From assembly GCA_013152275.1 (NCBI GenBank), contig JAADGS010000058.1, positions 1 to 56,164 on the forward strand: a stretch of DNA of 56,164 bases. The letters run 5' to 3'. How positions within the stretch are numbered: position 1 is the stretch's first letter; each line of letters opens with the position of its first letter. Shown here one piece after another: positions 31,284 through 39,714 of the stretch. This DNA is from Actinomycetota bacterium. Lineage in GTDB: Bacteria; Actinomycetota; Acidimicrobiia; Spongiisociales; UBA4744. The notes below the pieces were generated by a model that ran no database searches, was not told the origin of the DNA, and saw only the letters and a program-made list of their open reading frames with translations. A program made the position numbers and the translations under genes.

Positions 31284-31962
31284 CCCGGGAACCGTCGGGG
31301 ACGAGGCGGTACCCGACACCCCTCACCGTCTCGATCGATCTCCGGCCATACGGGGCATCGATCTTCTTGCGGAGATAGCCGACATACACCTCCACAACGT
31401 TCGGATCGCCGTCGAATCCCCAATCCCATACCGCATTCAGGATATCGAGCTTCGAGAAGACCTCACCGGGGTGCCGCATCAGGTACTCGAGCAGAGAGAA
31501 CTCCTTCGGGGTGAGCCGCACCTCCTCGTCTCCTCGCATGCATCGGTGGCGCGCAGGATTGAGCGTGAGGTCTCCGACGGAGAGGACCGCGGGCCGGGCG
31601 GTGTTGCCTCGACGCGCCAGCGCACGGATCCGGGCCAGCAGCACCACGAACGAAAACGGCTTCGTCAAGTAGTCATCTGCTCCGGTGTCAAGCGCTTCGG
31701 CGAGGTCATACTCCCCGTCTTTGGCCGTCAACATGAGAATCGGAGTCCAGTTCCCCTCTTCTCGCAGATCGGCGCAGACCTGGTACCCGTTGCGGCGCGG
31801 AAGCATGATGTCGAGGATGATCACCTCATAGGGTTGGTTGCCGGCAAGCCATAGGCCCTCCTCGCCGTCATGAGCGATGTCCACGGCATGGCCTTCCGCC
31901 TCGAGTCCACGTTTGACATACGCAGCGAGCTTCACTTCGTCTTCGACGACCAGCAGCCTCAC
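31276..31962 (-). CDS. OmpR family response regulator
   Basis: LLVVEDE, ILDIMLP, LTAK, GADDYLTKPF, NVVEVYVGYLRKK, ETVRGVGY. Confidence 0.94.
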   Translation of the reverse strand: MRLLVVEDEVKLAAYVKRGLEAEGHAVDIAHDGEEGLWLAGNQPYEVIILDIMLPRRNGYQVCADLREEGNWTPILMLTAKDGEYDLAEALDTGADDYLTKPFSFVVLLARIRALARRGNTARPAVLSVGDLTLNPARHRCMRGDEEVRLTPKEFSLLEYLMRHPGEVFSKLDILNAVWDWGFDGDPNVVEVYVGYLRKKIDAPYGRRSIETVRGVGYRLVPDGSRDA

Positions 31963-32129
31963 GTGATCATCCTGTCGCGTGCCGGCCATACGGGCATTCG
32001 GCGTCGGAGGAACCACCCCCGGAGCTGTGGTTCTCGCCTTCTCTGTATACGGGCGGCGTTCTCGCCATCGAAAGAAACCCGGACCGAACGGTGCATGTGA
32101 TGCATGACGTCGAGGCTACCGAGCCAAAA

Positions 32130-32207
32130 CTGAGAGGGAGCTGAGAACACGATCCCGCCATCGTTGTCGAACCTGTGGGCTTCTCAGGATGGCTCAGGGT
32201 TCTCACA
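32130..32207. promoter_or_regulatory. MprA-like (TCTCAG) direct repeats, putative response regulator sites
   Basis: CTGAGA at 32130 and 32141; TCTCAGG 32182, GCTCAGG 32192, TCTCACA 32201. Confidence 0.55.
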
Positions 32208-32263
32208 GGACCGATGGTGAACACTGTGAGCAAGCTCCCCGTACCAAAAAGGAGGTATGAGCT

Positions 32264-32863
32264 TTGAGCATCAAGAAGAAGACGAGCATCGCGGCCATCG
32301 CACTGGTTGCCCTCGCGTCACTCGGCGTGGGTAGCGCAGCGATCGCCCAGACCGGTCAGGCCCCGGCGCAGACGTCGGCTCCAACCCAGGCTCCGGCGAC
32401 GGTGCAGCAACCTGCCCAGTCGGAACAGGTCGAGGCCACGACGACGGACTCCGATCAGGTCCAGTTCGAATCCCGGTCCGAGGCCGACGACGCCACCGAG
32501 GCGCCCGGCAAGGAAGACGGGACCGACCAGGACAAGGATGAGCAGTCGCCTTCCTATTCGTCCAGCCTGACGGCACCGCAGGGCAGCGATGGCGGCAATG
32601 AAACGGCAGAAGCGAAGGCTCTTGCCGGCATACCGGGTCTGATCGGTGAGCAGGCCGCCAAGGACGCCGCTCTTGCGGCATTCGATGGCACCGTTCAGAA
32701 GGTCGAGCTCGACAATGAGAACGGCGCTGTCGTCTACTCGGTCGAGATCACCAACTCGTCCGGTGCCGGCGCCGATGTGAAGGTCGACGCGGGCAACGGC
32801 ACCGTCCTCCACCAGGAAGCCGGCGGCGCCGACAAGGGCGAGAAGGAGGCCGGCGAGCACTAG
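32264..32863 (+). CDS. Secreted PepSY-domain protein
   Basis: AGGAGGT RBS + TTG; signal peptide; AKDAALAA..GTVQKVELDNENGAVVYSVEI...VKVDAGNGTVL. Confidence 0.85.
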   Translation: MSIKKKTSIAAIALVALASLGVGSAAIAQTGQAPAQTSAPTQAPATVQQPAQSEQVEATTTDSDQVQFESRSEADDATEAPGKEDGTDQDKDEQSPSYSSSLTAPQGSDGGNETAEAKALAGIPGLIGEQAAKDAALAAFDGTVQKVELDNENGAVVYSVEITNSSGAGADVKVDAGNGTVLHQEAGGADKGEKEAGEH

Positions 32864-32877
32864 GCAACCTCCTCTCT

Positions 32878-32907
32878 GATGTGTGGGGCCTCCGGGTCCC
32901 ACACATC
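32878..32907 (+). terminator. Hairpin after the PepSY gene
   Basis: GATGTGTGGGGCC-TCCG-GGTCCCACACATC. Confidence 0.65.
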
Positions 32908-32911
32908 GCGT

Positions 32912-32962
32912 CGTTCTCGTGACGCTCAACATGAACTATCCGCACGAACCGTCACGAGAACG
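32912..32962. repeat. 51-bp REP-like palindrome, copy B
   Basis: Same arms and a similar loop (AACTATCCG) as copy A. Confidence 0.88.
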
Positions 32963-33030
32963 GGATGGAGTATTCTTGCGCCTCGCCCATCGGCACCGAC
33001 GGCACGACGCCGTCGATCGAGGAACCCTCC

Positions 33031-34416
33031 ATGACCCAACCACAAGGCGCTCGTCTGATCGAAGGCCCCGTAGGGCGGACCCTCCTACGGCTGACGATTC
33101 CGATGGCATTCGCCATCTTCACGATGATCGCCTTCAACCTGGCGGACACGGCTTTCCTCGGACGCGTCGGCACCGCCGACCTCGCGGCGATCAGCTTCAC
33201 CTTCCCCGTCGTGATGATCATCGCCAGCATCGCTCAGGGAATCGGCGTCGGCATGTCTGCGGTGATCTCCCGCTCGATCGGCAAGGGTGACCAACAACAG
33301 GTGCAGCGCCTCACGACCGACGGCTTGGCCCTGGCGATGATCATCGTGGCGGTGTTCAGCATCGCCGGCCTGGCGACCATCGATCCGGTCTTTCGCATGC
33401 TCGGAGCAACCGACCAAACCCTCCCGCTCATCCGCCAGTACATGACCATCTGGTACATCGGCGTGAGCTTCGTGATCATCCCGATGACCGGCAACGCAGC
33501 GATCCGAGCCACCGGCGACATGAAGACTCCGGCGGCAATCATGATGGTTGCAGCCCTTGTGAACGTCGTCCTCGATCCACTGATGATCTTCGGCATCGGC
33601 CCCTTTCCTGCCATGGGTATCCAGGGAGCGGCCCTGGCGACGATGATCGCCCGAGCATTGAGCCTCGCCGCTTCGCTGTGGGTACTCGTTCACCGCGAAC
33701 GAATGGTGACCTTCGCTCGGCCTCGACTGGTCGACATGCTCGACTCTTGGCGCAAGATCCTGTTCGTCGGGCTTCCCGCCGCGGGAACCCAGCTCGTCGT
33801 CCCCCTATCCACCGCAGTCATCACAGGCCTGGTGGCAACGTACGGAGCGTTGTCGGTCGCAGGCTTCGGTGTGGCATCGCGAGTCGAGGCGTTCGGTCTC
33901 GCGATCGTCATGGCTCTCTCCGCGACGGTGACCCCGTTCGTCGGCCAGAACTGGGGAGCCGGCAAGTCTGAACGGGTGGCCGAGGCAGTGAGGGTGGCAC
34001 AGCGGTTCGCGCTCGTCTGGGGCCTGATGCTGTTCGGGGTGTTTGGACTCTTCGGGACAAGCATCGCACGAGTGTTCACCGACGACGCAAACGTCATTTC
34101 GGTGGTGCGCGACTATCTGCGGATCGTCCCCATCGGCTACGGACTCGTAGGAATCCTCATGGTCAGCAGTTCGGCACTGAACGCACTCAACAGGCCTCTG
34201 CATTCGACGGCACTCAGCACCATCCGACTCTTCGTGCTCTATCTGCCCCTGGCGTTTCTGGGCTCGAGGCTCATCGGACTGAACGGTGTGTTCGCCGCCG
34301 CCGCCGTCGCGAGTGTGTTCGCGGGCGTCGCCGCATGGTGGGTGGTGAGCCGGCGGCTCGGTGAGATCTCGGGTGCTCCCGCCGGTGTCCTCGGCACGCA
34401 GGCCGCAGCGGACTGA
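33031..34416 (+). CDS. MATE family efflux transporter
   Basis: LTIPM, NLADTAFLG, RATGDMKTP, NVVLDPLMIFG, GIQGAALAT, VGQNWGAG. Confidence 0.92.
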   Translation: MTQPQGARLIEGPVGRTLLRLTIPMAFAIFTMIAFNLADTAFLGRVGTADLAAISFTFPVVMIIASIAQGIGVGMSAVISRSIGKGDQQQVQRLTTDGLALAMIIVAVFSIAGLATIDPVFRMLGATDQTLPLIRQYMTIWYIGVSFVIIPMTGNAAIRATGDMKTPAAIMMVAALVNVVLDPLMIFGIGPFPAMGIQGAALATMIARALSLAASLWVLVHRERMVTFARPRLVDMLDSWRKILFVGLPAAGTQLVVPLSTAVITGLVATYGALSVAGFGVASRVEAFGLAIVMALSATVTPFVGQNWGAGKSERVAEAVRVAQRFALVWGLMLFGVFGLFGTSIARVFTDDANVISVVRDYLRIVPIGYGLVGILMVSSSALNALNRPLHSTALSTIRLFVLYLPLAFLGSRLIGLNGVFAAAAVASVFAGVAAWWVVSRRLGEISGAPAGVLGTQAAAD

Positions 34417-34581
34417 CCGACCCAGACCTCTTGCCTCGCGACGCTCCCCCGGCGTGTCCAGAGTCCTCCGAGGCACCGGCAGCGGGAGATGGCCTCCGCA
34501 AACCGACCGGCGGCCCGTGTCCGAGCGGACCCGCCCGCCCTGCGTCTCCGCCGCAACGACCCTTGGGGACCCGGCGAAGGT

Positions 34582-34743
34582 TCAGGTGCGAGCCGGCTCT
34601 GGCTCCGCCGGAGCGGGCTCCGTCTCTCGTTCCGGTTCCACAGGGACACGATCGGGCTCACGTGTCGGCTCCGGTTCTTGGGGCTGTACGGGCGCCTGCA
34701 TCGGTTCGACGATGATCACCCGTTTTTCGTGGCCAATGTCCAT
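34582..34743 (-). CDS. 53-aa Glu/Pro-rich micropeptide MDIGHEKRVIIVEPMQAPVQPQEPEPTREPDRVPVEPERETEPAPAEPEPART
   Basis: Below the ORF-track length cutoff; GGAGG 6 nt before ATG; overlaps the upstream gene by 28 nt. Confidence 0.75.
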   Translation of the reverse strand: MDIGHEKRVIIVEPMQAPVQPQEPEPTREPDRVPVEPERETEPAPAEPEPART

Positions 34744-35519
34744 TCGTTCCTCCGTGCTTGTTCCAACAGGTACCGCTCGATCTGACCGTGCACCTCCGCC
34801 CAGGTGCTCTCGCCGATGGCTCCCTCGACCGGTGGATCCTCGAAGATGCCGGCGATCCCGTCCGGATCATCGGCAAACACGATGTTCATCGGTCCTGCCA
34901 CTGCCAGAGCGATGACGCTCGCGTGCGCCGCCCGGTAGCCGCGCTCGTGCTCCACGACCTTGCCGGTCAGAGCAACGACACCGGCAGCGAATCCACGCCG
35001 CTCTCGGGCAACGAATTGTTGGAGCAGCTCGTGCACATCCTTCGCCGCGTACACACCGCACCCGAGCCTGCCGCACCGCCCGTCCGTATGAGGGATCTCA
35101 TCGCCATCGCTGCCGTGGGAACACGCCGCATCCAAAGTCGGGCCGTTCCAACGAACCCGGACACCGTGCAGACCGTCTCGCGTCAGCTTCCAGATACGGT
35201 ATCCGAGTACCGGCGCGGGTGACCAGGCTTCGGCGTGCTCCCGTTCGATGCGACGTATGGCGTCACCGAGGAGCATCTCGAGACCTTTCCCAAACCCGAC
35301 GATCTCGGCATCCAGCCATCGGATCTGTTCTTCGATCTGCGCGATCTGGCACCGCAGAGCTTCGATTCGCCTCGTACGGCGCTGGATATCCCTCTCCAGA
35401 CGGTACAGCTGCCCCGGCTCCTCGAATTTGCCGTAGCGGCGACGAAGCGCACCGAGGCGTCGTCGTAAGCGAACGACCTCGTCACTGGTCTTGGGGGAAG
35501 CTGTCGGCCCTGGCTGCAT
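34716..35519 (-). CDS. Hypothetical protein: basic coiled coil + Cys/His domain (GYRIW...C-x10-H-x4-C-x4-CGVYA...GKVVEHERGYRA)
   Basis: GGAGG RBS before ATG 35519; 267 aa; own promoter with SOS box. Confidence 0.8.
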   Translation of the reverse strand: MQPGPTASPKTSDEVVRLRRRLGALRRRYGKFEEPGQLYRLERDIQRRTRRIEALRCQIAQIEEQIRWLDAEIVGFGKGLEMLLGDAIRRIEREHAEAWSPAPVLGYRIWKLTRDGLHGVRVRWNGPTLDAACSHGSDGDEIPHTDGRCGRLGCGVYAAKDVHELLQQFVARERRGFAAGVVALTGKVVEHERGYRAAHASVIALAVAGPMNIVFADDPDGIAGIFEDPPVEGAIGESTWAEVHGQIERYLLEQARRNEWTLATKNG

Positions 35520-35542
35520 GCCACCTCCGATCAGGGAGTGCA

Positions 35543-35572
35543 ACGGTACCGGAATCGAACATGTGTTCGCAA
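35543..35572 (-). promoter_or_regulatory. LexA (SOS) box overlapping the promoter
   Basis: TCGAAC-ATGT-GTTCGC at 35555-35570, one mismatch to actinobacterial TCGAAC-N4-GTTCGA; minus-strand TTGCGA-N18-TACCGT. Confidence 0.85.
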
Positions 35573-35818
35573 CCCCATCCGGGGTCTGGTTTTCGCGACT
35601 TCAACGAAACGCGTAAGCACGGCTCCCTCGATTCGATCCACCGCCACACAGGTTCGGCCCGGTCCCTCACCATCGACGCAATTCGGTTCAGATCGGCACC
35701 CGCCGTCACGCCGCGTTGGGACACACTGCGGCGATTCCGCGTCGGCAGAGAAAAGGACGAAACCCGGACTGCAACCCCGCGACTTTCTCGAGACGGTCAA
35801 CCCACCGGTCCGGCCCGG

Positions 35819-35866
35819 CTAGTGCCTCGACCAGCGACCTTCGGGACGTCGATGCCGAGGCACTAG
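35819..35866. terminator. Long hairpin at the end of the lipoprotein gene
   Basis: CTAGTGCCTCG...CGAGGCACTAG arms including the TAG stop. Confidence 0.55.
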
Positions 35867-36393
35867 CTGCCTTGGGAGATCATGATGCAGACGCCTGTTT
35901 CATCACCGGACGCCATCGTGCAACCGTCGGTCACATTGATCGACGTGTTCCCGTCATTCGAGAACCACATTGTCGAGCGCACCTTCAGGTCGGCATCCTC
36001 GGTGGAGAAGCTGTTCCTCGCATAATCGCGCGACCCGGTCCAATCGTCGTAGAACTTCACAATGGCCTCGTAGTCGCCATTCGGATAAGAGATGCTCACC
36101 GTCACCGTGTCCGGCGCCGAGACCGAACCGTTGACCTCACCTCCGTCGGGAACCGGAATCGTCAGATTCTCCGGAAGCTCCCCACCACCGATGATCATGG
36201 TCCCGTCTTCGGACTCGACCTTGATCACGGTGTTGTCGCCCGAGCCGGACTGTTGTATGTCCACGCTGTCGCCACCGGCTTGCTCAATCACCTTCTCGGC
36301 GACCTTCTCGCTCACCTTCTCTGCCGCAGCGCCGCAGCCGGTCACTGCCACGGCGAACACCAGTACGGCCGCCGCTCCCATGAGTTTCTTCAT
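35863..36393 (-). CDS. Hypothetical lipoprotein
   Basis: MKKLMGAAAVLVFAVAVTGC lipobox; EKVAEKVIEQ helix; ELPENLTIPVPDGG. Confidence 0.78.
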   Translation of the reverse strand: MKKLMGAAAVLVFAVAVTGCGAAAEKVSEKVAEKVIEQAGGDSVDIQQSGSGDNTVIKVESEDGTMIIGGGELPENLTIPVPDGGEVNGSVSAPDTVTVSISYPNGDYEAIVKFYDDWTGSRDYARNSFSTEDADLKVRSTMWFSNDGNTSINVTDGCTMASGDETGVCIMISQGS

Positions 36394-36738
36394 CACACGT
36401 CCTTTCACGCTTTCTCCCACACGAGAGAGGCTATCCGAATGACCCGAGTCTGAGGAGCACTGTCTCGAGCCGTGGTCAACGATGGTCGGGCCGGTGGCAC
36501 GCACGCGCAGACCCGCCGCTGTCGGCCAGATCCCCGCCTTTGGCAGGCCATGGCTCCAAGTTACCCGGCCACAAGAGCCGGGCGAATCCACGTCCCAGGA
36601 TGCTGTCCCACACCCGAACCCGGCGCTCGTGGACAGGTTCCTCGTTGCCCCGAGCCTTGGGCTCAGGAACGGGGCGGGATGCTCACGAACGTCGGGGTCC
36701 TCGCGTTCTCTCCCGCCTTCGCGTACATTGCAGCGGTG

Positions 36739-38076
36739 ATGGACGAACAACGCCGAGGAACCAGCACCTCGAACTTCGGGGTGAGCCGAAGGGAAGCGCA
36801 CGACGCGAGTCCTTTCTATGACCGGTTCCATCCGCCGGAGATCTCCGACGATGACCGCGTCGAGATCGCGCCGGATCTCGACAGCGGCTGTTTCCTCGGC
36901 GACGCCCGCACGATGGAGGAGATCCCCGACCGTTCCGTCGCCTTGGTCGTGACGTCTCCCCCCTACTTCGCAGGGAAAGAGTACGAGGAAGAACTCGGCA
37001 GCGAGGGGGTACCAAGTTCGTACGTCGAATACCTGGAGCTCCTCCGGGAGGTCTTCGACGAATGCAAGCGTACGCTCGAGCCTGGAGGGCGCATCGCCGT
37101 CAACGTCGCGAACCTCGGACGCAAGCCGTTCAGAAGCCTCTCTTCCGATGTGATCACGATCCTCCAGGACGATCTCGGGCTGCTCCTGCGTGGAGAAATC
37201 GTCTGGCGCAAAGGCAAGGGGATGTCCGGATCCTGCGCCTGGGGATCGTTCGCAAGCGCCGCGAATCCGGTTCTGCGTGATACAAGCGAACGCATCGTCA
37301 TCGCGTCGAAGGGCCGCTTCGACCGGGCTCGTAGCCGTGCCCGGCGAGCGAGCGAGGGACTCCCCTACGAAGATTCGCTCAGCAATGACGAGTTTCTCGA
37401 AGCGACACTGGATGTGTGGGAGATCCATCCCGAGAGCGCCCGCCGTGTCGGACATCCGGCGCCGTTTCCGATCGCACTCCCCGAACGGCTCATCAACCTC
37501 TACACGTTCGAAGGCGACCTCGTCCTCGATCCGTTCATGGGATCGGGAACGACGCTTGTCGCTGCTGCTCGAACCCGACGGCGCGGTGCCGGCTACGACC
37601 TGGACCCCGCATACGTGGCGATAGCCAGAAGGCGCATTGCCGAACGCTCGGACGAGCCGTCGCAGTATCGAGTGGTCGGAAAGAAACTGCTCGACATCGC
37701 CGAGGATGTGATCAGCGACGCCGGCTTCTCGATCGAAGAAAAGAACCGCCGTGTGAGCGGCATCACCGTCAGCTTCACCGCCCGCGGGTTGGATGGAGCG
37801 CCGTGGCTGATCGACGTTTCAGGAGGCTTCACCATCACCCCGAGCGGGCTGTCGACGACCGACGCCGTACTGCGCAGCCTCGGAAAGGCCGCCGCTCTCC
37901 GCAGAGAGAGCTCCCACATCCTCCTGTTGACCTCGCATCTCCCGAAGCGAGCGACCGAGCCGGCCCGGATCCTGCAAGCTGCACGAGGCGACCTCTTCGT
38001 CGACGCCCTCGAGATCCTGGACGATCAAACGCCCGCGACACTGCGCTCTCACGCCACCACCCACCCGTTCTCGTGA
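36739..38076 (+). CDS. Site-specific DNA methyltransferase (beta-class N4/N6) with extra C-terminal domain
   Basis: LVVTSPPY precedes HPAPFP and VLDPFMGSGTT; about 130 extra C-terminal residues. Confidence 0.9.
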   Translation: MDEQRRGTSTSNFGVSRREAHDASPFYDRFHPPEISDDDRVEIAPDLDSGCFLGDARTMEEIPDRSVALVVTSPPYFAGKEYEEELGSEGVPSSYVEYLELLREVFDECKRTLEPGGRIAVNVANLGRKPFRSLSSDVITILQDDLGLLLRGEIVWRKGKGMSGSCAWGSFASAANPVLRDTSERIVIASKGRFDRARSRARRASEGLPYEDSLSNDEFLEATLDVWEIHPESARRVGHPAPFPIALPERLINLYTFEGDLVLDPFMGSGTTLVAAARTRRRGAGYDLDPAYVAIARRRIAERSDEPSQYRVVGKKLLDIAEDVISDAGFSIEEKNRRVSGITVSFTARGLDGAPWLIDVSGGFTITPSGLSTTDAVLRSLGKAAALRRESSHILLLTSHLPKRATEPARILQAARGDLFVDALEILDDQTPATLRSHATTHPFS

Positions 38077-38116
38077 CGTCTCATGGGAACTAACCGCATC
38101 GAGCGTCACGAGAACG
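38066..38116. repeat. 51-bp REP-like palindrome, copy C
   Basis: CGTTCTCGTGACG...CGTCACGAGAACG; contains the MTase TGA. Confidence 0.85.
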
Positions 38117-38165
38117 GAAGGTCGATGCGAGATTTTCTCCAAAGTGCAGTTGAATCGGATCACAC

Positions 38166-39593
38166 ATGAAGTACCGAGCCCTTCTCGCCGCCGCAATTCT
38201 CACCCTGGCCGCCTGCACGGCACCGGCCGGCATCCCGACGAGCACCATGCCTGGTGCGACCTCGGCCGCGAGCACCGCGACCAGCGCGCCGGGCACCACG
38301 ACCAGCGCGCCGTCGGCGATCACTTCCGGCACGACCTCCTGCGACAATCCGCCGGATGCGTTCCAGCCACTCTGTACCGCCTATCACATCATCACGACCA
38401 GCTACGTCGATCCCGTCGATGATTCCCGTCTGGCAGAGGGAGCCGCTCGCGCCATAACCGAGCATGAGGGTGAGCCGGGGGCAACCCCGCCGAACTCGCT
38501 GACGTGTGCACTCCCTTCGCCTGCTTTCGATCAGATGTGCAACGCGTTCGTGGAGGAAGAGCGCACAGATCCTGCACCCACCTCCGATCTCGTAGCGGCC
38601 GCAATCAGCGGAATGCTCCAATACGGACTCGACGATCCCTACAGCGTCTACTTCTCCCCGGAAGCACTCGCCCGGTTCCAGGAGGAGACGTCCGGACAGA
38701 TCGAGGGTATCGGCGCTCTCGTGCGCCCGGAGGACACGAGCAGTCCGGAAGACGGCGCCTGCTCCACCATCTCGGATACCTGCCATCTCGTCATCGTCAC
38801 TCCACTCAAGGGCGGGCCCGCCGAAGGCGCAGGCCTACGGTCCGGAGACATCATGACCACCGTCGATGGCGAGTCCATCGACGGATGGCTCGTCGATGAG
38901 GTGATCGCGGAGGTCCGCGGTCCTGCCGGAACCGATGTCACCCTCGGCATTCTGCGCGACGGGACTCTGATGGAATTCACGATCACGCGCGCCGCCATCG
39001 ACATCCCGATCGTCTCATCGAGAATGATCGACGACTCGATCGGCTACCTCGAACTCACGATCTTCGCAACGAACGCACCCCACCAGGTGGACACGGCTTT
39101 GCGCGATCTCCTCGATGCGGGCGCGACCACCATCATCCTTGATCTTCAGCACAACCCGGGCGGCTCCCTGAACTCGGCGATCTTCGTTGCGAGCGAGTTC
39201 CTCTCCGACGGGTTGGTTCTGCGGACGGAGGCACCGGGAGATACCGAGGAGTACAAGGTCATCCCCGGCGGCGTGGCCACGGATCCGAGCATCGCGCTGT
39301 ACGTGCTCGTCGACCGGGCGAGCGCCTCGGCATCCGAAGTCGTCACCGGCGCATTCATGGATGCAGGCAGAGCTACCGTGATCGGTGAGCACACGTTCGG
39401 CAAGAACACCGTGCAGCAGCAGTTCAACCTCGGCAACGGTGCAGCGCTGAAACTCACCGTGGCCCGCTGGGTGACGCCCAAAGGACACGACTACGGCAAG
39501 GTCGGGCTCACTCCGGACATCCTGATCGAGATCCCCGACGGGGCCGGCCCAGACTTCCTGCTCGACAAGGCACTCGAAATCATCCGCGGGTAA
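38166..39593 (+). CDS. ctpA: S41 carboxyl-terminal processing protease, lipoprotein
   Basis: LAAC lipobox, LDDPYSVY, GIGA PDZ, DLQHNPGG, SASASEV, TFGKNTVQ. Confidence 0.88.
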   Translation: MKYRALLAAAILTLAACTAPAGIPTSTMPGATSAASTATSAPGTTTSAPSAITSGTTSCDNPPDAFQPLCTAYHIITTSYVDPVDDSRLAEGAARAITEHEGEPGATPPNSLTCALPSPAFDQMCNAFVEEERTDPAPTSDLVAAAISGMLQYGLDDPYSVYFSPEALARFQEETSGQIEGIGALVRPEDTSSPEDGACSTISDTCHLVIVTPLKGGPAEGAGLRSGDIMTTVDGESIDGWLVDEVIAEVRGPAGTDVTLGILRDGTLMEFTITRAAIDIPIVSSRMIDDSIGYLELTIFATNAPHQVDTALRDLLDAGATTIILDLQHNPGGSLNSAIFVASEFLSDGLVLRTEAPGDTEEYKVIPGGVATDPSIALYVLVDRASASASEVVTGAFMDAGRATVIGEHTFGKNTVQQQFNLGNGAALKLTVARWVTPKGHDYGKVGLTPDILIEIPDGAGPDFLLDKALEIIRG

Positions 39594-39601
39594 GACCCTC
39601 T

Positions 39602-39714
39602 GGTTTCTCGTCAATGGAAGCGTCGAATAGCGACGCCGGCATTGACAGGAAACGAGAGGTTGGTATCTGGTCAATGGAAGCGTCGAATAGCGACGCCGGC
39701 ATTGACGAGAATCC
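39602..39714. repeat. Tandem doublet of a palindromic REP-like unit (60-bp period)
   Basis: GTCAATGGAAGCGTCGAATAGCGACGCCGGCATTGAC identical at 39610-39646 and 39670-39706. Confidence 0.9.

Noticed and set aside
39602..39714. Mini-CRISPR (37-bp repeat twice)
   Set aside because: Only two copies, the flanks are also similar and palindromic, and there is no leader or cas gene; fits a REP doublet
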